Below are positions 61,213 to 64,000 of a stretch of DNA of 64,000 nt, one piece after another (positions within the stretch are counted from its first letter, which is position 1; every line of letters begins with the position of its first letter). The stretch is from an uncultured Trueperaceae bacterium (lineage in GTDB: Bacteria > Deinococcota > Deinococci > Deinococcales > Trueperaceae). The translations under genes and the position numbers were made by a program. Location of the stretch: assembly GCA_963815215.1 (NCBI GenBank), contig CAWFFU010000008.1, forward strand, positions 32,001-96,000, given 5' to 3'. A model generated the notes under the pieces. That model was not told the DNA's origin. It worked only from the letters and a program-made list of their open reading frames with translations, and searched no databases.

Positions 61213-62226
61213 TCAGCGAAACCGCAGCGGCAACCCCTCGAGACCGGCCAACCGCGCGACGCCGGATCCGTGCATCGCGACGCGCAGCTCGAACACCAGG
61301 CGCCTCAAGACGGCCTCCACCGCCTCCGGCGATTCGGTCGCCGGCGCGAGCAGCGGACGCGCGACCGCCGCCACGCGGGCGCCGAGCGCCAGCGCCTTGG
61401 CGATGTCGACGCCGCTCCGGACGCCGCCCGAAGCGATGAGCGGCATACCGGGCACCGCCTCGCGCACCTCTTCCAGGGCGTCCACAGTGGGGATCCCCCA
61501 CTCCGCCAGGTCCGGGTGGCGCACCTCGCCGTAGCGCGCCAGGTCCTCGACCTTGGCCCAGGAGGTCCCGCCTGCGCCGGCCACGTCGAGCGCCGCGAAG
61601 CCGACGTCGCGAACGGCGTCCGCCACGGCGCCAGACAGCCCGTGGCCGACCTCCTTGAGCAACACCGGGCGACCCACCTCCGGCACCACCTCCGCGAGCC
61701 GTGCGACGAGATCCCGGAAGTCCGCGTCGCCACCGGCCTGCAGCGCTTCCTGCAGGGGGTTTGCGTGCAGCGCCAGGGCGTCGGCGCCGACCAGGTCGAC
61801 CGCCTCGCGGAGCTCCTCGGCGCCATACCCGCGACCGAGCTGCGCCACCCCGAGGTTGCCGATCAGCAGGATGTCGGGGGCGTAGCGGCGCACCTGGAAC
61901 CCCGGGCGCGCCGATGGGTCCTCCAGCATGACGCGCTGCGAGCCGAGCATCAGGCCGAGGCCCAGCCGCTGCGCGGCCGTCGCAAGGTTGCGGTTGATGA
62001 GGCTGGAGAGCGCGGCCCCGCCGGTCATCGCCCCGATCAGGAGCGGCGCGGACAGCTCGCGGCCGAGGAAGGTCGTACGGGTGTCGATCGCCTCCAGGTG
62101 CGTCTCCGGCAGCGCACGGTAAGGCAGGTCGTAGCGTTCGAATCCTGTGGTCCGGGTCGCGTATTCGACCTCCCGCTCCAGGCAGACCTCGATGTGCTTG
62201 AGCTTGCGGCGGGCCAGGTCGGACAC
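61213..62226 (-). CDS. fni: type 2 isopentenyl-diphosphate isomerase
   Basis: RKLKHI, GAMTGG, GSQR, NPLQE, KEVGHG, AGAGGTSW, SGGVR. Confidence 0.93.
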   Translation of the reverse strand: MSDLARRKLKHIEVCLEREVEYATRTTGFERYDLPYRALPETHLEAIDTRTTFLGRELSAPLLIGAMTGGAALSSLINRNLATAAQRLGLGLMLGSQRVMLEDPSARPGFQVRRYAPDILLIGNLGVAQLGRGYGAEELREAVDLVGADALALHANPLQEALQAGGDADFRDLVARLAEVVPEVGRPVLLKEVGHGLSGAVADAVRDVGFAALDVAGAGGTSWAKVEDLARYGEVRHPDLAEWGIPTVDALEEVREAVPGMPLIASGGVRSGVDIAKALALGARVAAVARPLLAPATESPEAVEAVLRRLVFELRVAMHGSGVARLAGLEGLPLRFR

Positions 62227-62360
62227 GGCGCGCCCATTGTACGGCGGCGGAGGTCGCACGGTGGCGGCGGCGTGCCCCGGAGCCCGGCACCGACGCACTC
62301 GGACGAGCGCAAGAGCAACGCTCGCAGCGGGTACAGCCATCGAGCGGGTATAGTCCGGCA

Positions 62361-64000
62361 ATGCGCTCCGTCCGGAATACTGCCCTGGCGCTGTTGGGGC
62401 CCGCACTGCTGTCCCTCGCGGGCTGCGGGCTCTTCCAGACGTCGAATCAGCTCTCAGTCTCGCCCTCCAGCGTGACCCTCGACAGCTCCACGTCCCAGGC
62501 CGTCGTCACGCTCAGCAACACCAGCAACGCCTCGACCTCCTGGACCGCCACGTCGTCGGACACTCACGCGTCCGTGAGCCCGGCCCAGGGCACGCTCGCG
62601 GCCGGGAGCAGCACCTCAATAACGGTCTCGGTCGATAGCAACGGGCTCAGCCAGGGCCAGACGATCACGCCGACGGTCACCTTCGATTCCGGCGTCGGCA
62701 CGGCCACCCTCGACGTGAGCTTCACCATGACAGCCGGCAGCCTGGTCCAGTGCGGGACAGATCCCGTCGACGCTGTCGCTGGGGTCGATCGCAGGCAGCG
62801 CGACGGCGACCTGACGCCGCGCCCGATAGCGCACCCCACGGCGATCGCGCCCGACGGCCGGAGCTACGTCCCCGGCGAGGTGCTGGTGAGCTACAACGCG
62901 GCGGCCGCGCCCCAGAGCGCGGGCGGCGCGGCCGCCACGCTGCGGCAGCTCTCGGCCGACGTGCGCTCGAGCTACGGGCTCCAGCTGGTGCGGGCGGGCG
63001 CGCCGGGCGCGCCCGATCTGGTGCGGGCGAGCGACGCGGTGGCGGCGCTGGCTCGCCTGCGCGCCGACCCGCGCGTGAGCGCGGCGCAGCTCAACTACTA
63101 CCTGAAGCCGATGGCGTTCACGCCCAACGACACCTACTACGGCCAGCAGTGGAACCTGCAGGAGTTCGGCCTGGAGCAGGCCTGGAGCACCGAGACCGGC
63201 GCCAGCCACCGGACCGTCCTCGCGGTGATCGACACCGGCGTGCAGATGAACCACCCCGACCTGCAGGCCAAGATCGTCGGCGGCTGCGACTTCTACTCCG
63301 GCGACAACGACCCCACACCCGGCCCCGGCATCGACCACGGCACGCACGTGGCCGGCATCGCCGCCGCCATCGGCAACAACAACCTGGGCGTGGCGGGCGT
63401 CGCCTTCGGTCCGCAGGTCATGATCGAGCCCATCAAGGTCTTCGACGATGCCGGCGGCGGCGCCACCACCAGCATCCTGATCGACGCCATCCGTTGGGCC
63501 GCCGGCCTGGCGGTGAGCGGCACCGCCACCAACCCCAACCCCGCCGACGTCATCAACATGAGCATCGGCGTCGACGGCGACCAGCCGCTGATCGACCAGG
63601 CCGCCACCGCCGCCTTCAACGCGGGTTCGCTGCTGGTGGCGTCGTCGGGCAACTACGGAACCGGCGCGCCGTTCCCCACCAACCCCGGCGTGCTGAGCCC
63701 CGCCAACGCGCCAGCCGTCATCGCCGTCGGCTCGGTCGACAGCGACCACCACATCTCCGGCTTCTCGGCCTACAGCACCGGCGCCGGTTACGCCACGGGC
63801 GTCGAGGTGATGGCGCCGGGCGGCTTCGAGGTGTCGAGCAGCTACCCCGGCAACGCCTGCCTCTACCACTACTACACCACCACGTCATCGGACTACGGCG
63901 TCCTCAGCACCTACACCGGCAGCAACTACGGTTGCGATGTCGGCACCTCGATGGCGTCACCGTTCGTCGCCGGCGTGGCGGCGCTGCTCAAGAGCCACAC
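62361..64000 (+). CDS. lipoprotein S8 subtilase with N-terminal BACON/Ig-like domain (runs off window)
   Basis: read by eye: MRSVRNTALALLGPALLSLAGC lipobox; VIDTG, DHGTHVAG and GTSMASP catalytic motifs; TATAGT -10 sits 6 nt before ATG; no stop in window. Confidence 0.9.
   Translation, partial: MRSVRNTALALLGPALLSLAGCGLFQTSNQLSVSPSSVTLDSSTSQAVVTLSNTSNASTSWTATSSDTHASVSPAQGTLAAGSSTSITVSVDSNGLSQGQTITPTVTFDSGVGTATLDVSFTMTAGSLVQCGTDPVDAVAGVDRRQRDGDLTPRPIAHPTAIAPDGRSYVPGEVLVSYNAAAAPQSAGGAAATLRQLSADVRSSYGLQLVRAGAPGAPDLVRASDAVAALARLRADPRVSAAQLNYYLKPMAFTPNDTYYGQQWNLQEFGLEQAWSTETGASHRTVLAVIDTGVQMNHPDLQAKIVGGCDFYSGDNDPTPGPGIDHGTHVAGIAAAIGNNNLGVAGVAFGPQVMIEPIKVFDDAGGGATTSILIDAIRWAAGLAVSGTATNPNPADVINMSIGVDGDQPLIDQAATAAFNAGSLLVASSGNYGTGAPFPTNPGVLSPANAPAVIAVGSVDSDHHISGFSAYSTGAGYATGVEVMAPGGFEVSSSYPGNACLYHYYTTTSSDYGVLSTYTGSNYGCDVGTSMASPFVAGVAALLKSH

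Noticed and set aside
58481..62290. 1269-aa ORF suggesting a giant fusion
   Set aside because: The upstream part overlaps fni and the SDR in another frame. The real acyl-CoA dehydrogenase starts at 60226 after a GAGGAGG RBS.
62616..63869. 417-aa minus-strand ORF
   Set aside because: It is the antisense shadow of the plus-strand S8 protease, which the ORF track missed because it has no stop in the window.

Overview
High-GC bacterial chromosomal window, most likely Deinococcota (Trueperaceae/Thermales-like). This is inferred from the RecA P-loop GPExGGKTT, a double-length PaaB, a Thermus-type PaaR box and many apparently leaderless genes. Contents in order: start of the nuo operon (nuoABCD); tRNA-Lys, tRNA-Glu and tRNA-Val; transporters and hydrolases; a Tat-protein/polysaccharide-deacetylase pair; an amino-acid catabolic block; a two-component system; a NodIJ-like ABC exporter; a SARP/BTAD-AAA regulator coupled to an FAD oxidase; a DsrE2-TusA-SQR-DUF1641 sulfur operon; a PAS-GGDEF-EAL protein; 2-oxoacid:ferredoxin oxidoreductase; a stand-alone recA; E1 alpha/beta; paaR-paaABCD; a type III PKS-methyltransferase-(FAD monooxygenase/UbiA fusion) cluster; HtrA; acyl-CoA dehydrogenase; fni; and a truncated S8 protease. 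The most striking signals are (1) a recA whose conserved core has extreme G+T synonymous-codon skew unlike neighbouring genes, bracketed by two tandem-repeat arrays and preceded by a palindromic operator; (2) the prenylated phenolic-lipid/quinone cluster with an in-frame monooxygenase-prenyltransferase fusion; (3) a SARP-type promoter embedded in the regulator's own 3' end; and (4) Rex-like boxes shared by nuo and the sulfur operon. No CRISPR array, integrase or transposase was seen. All calls come from reading motifs by eye; no searches were run.
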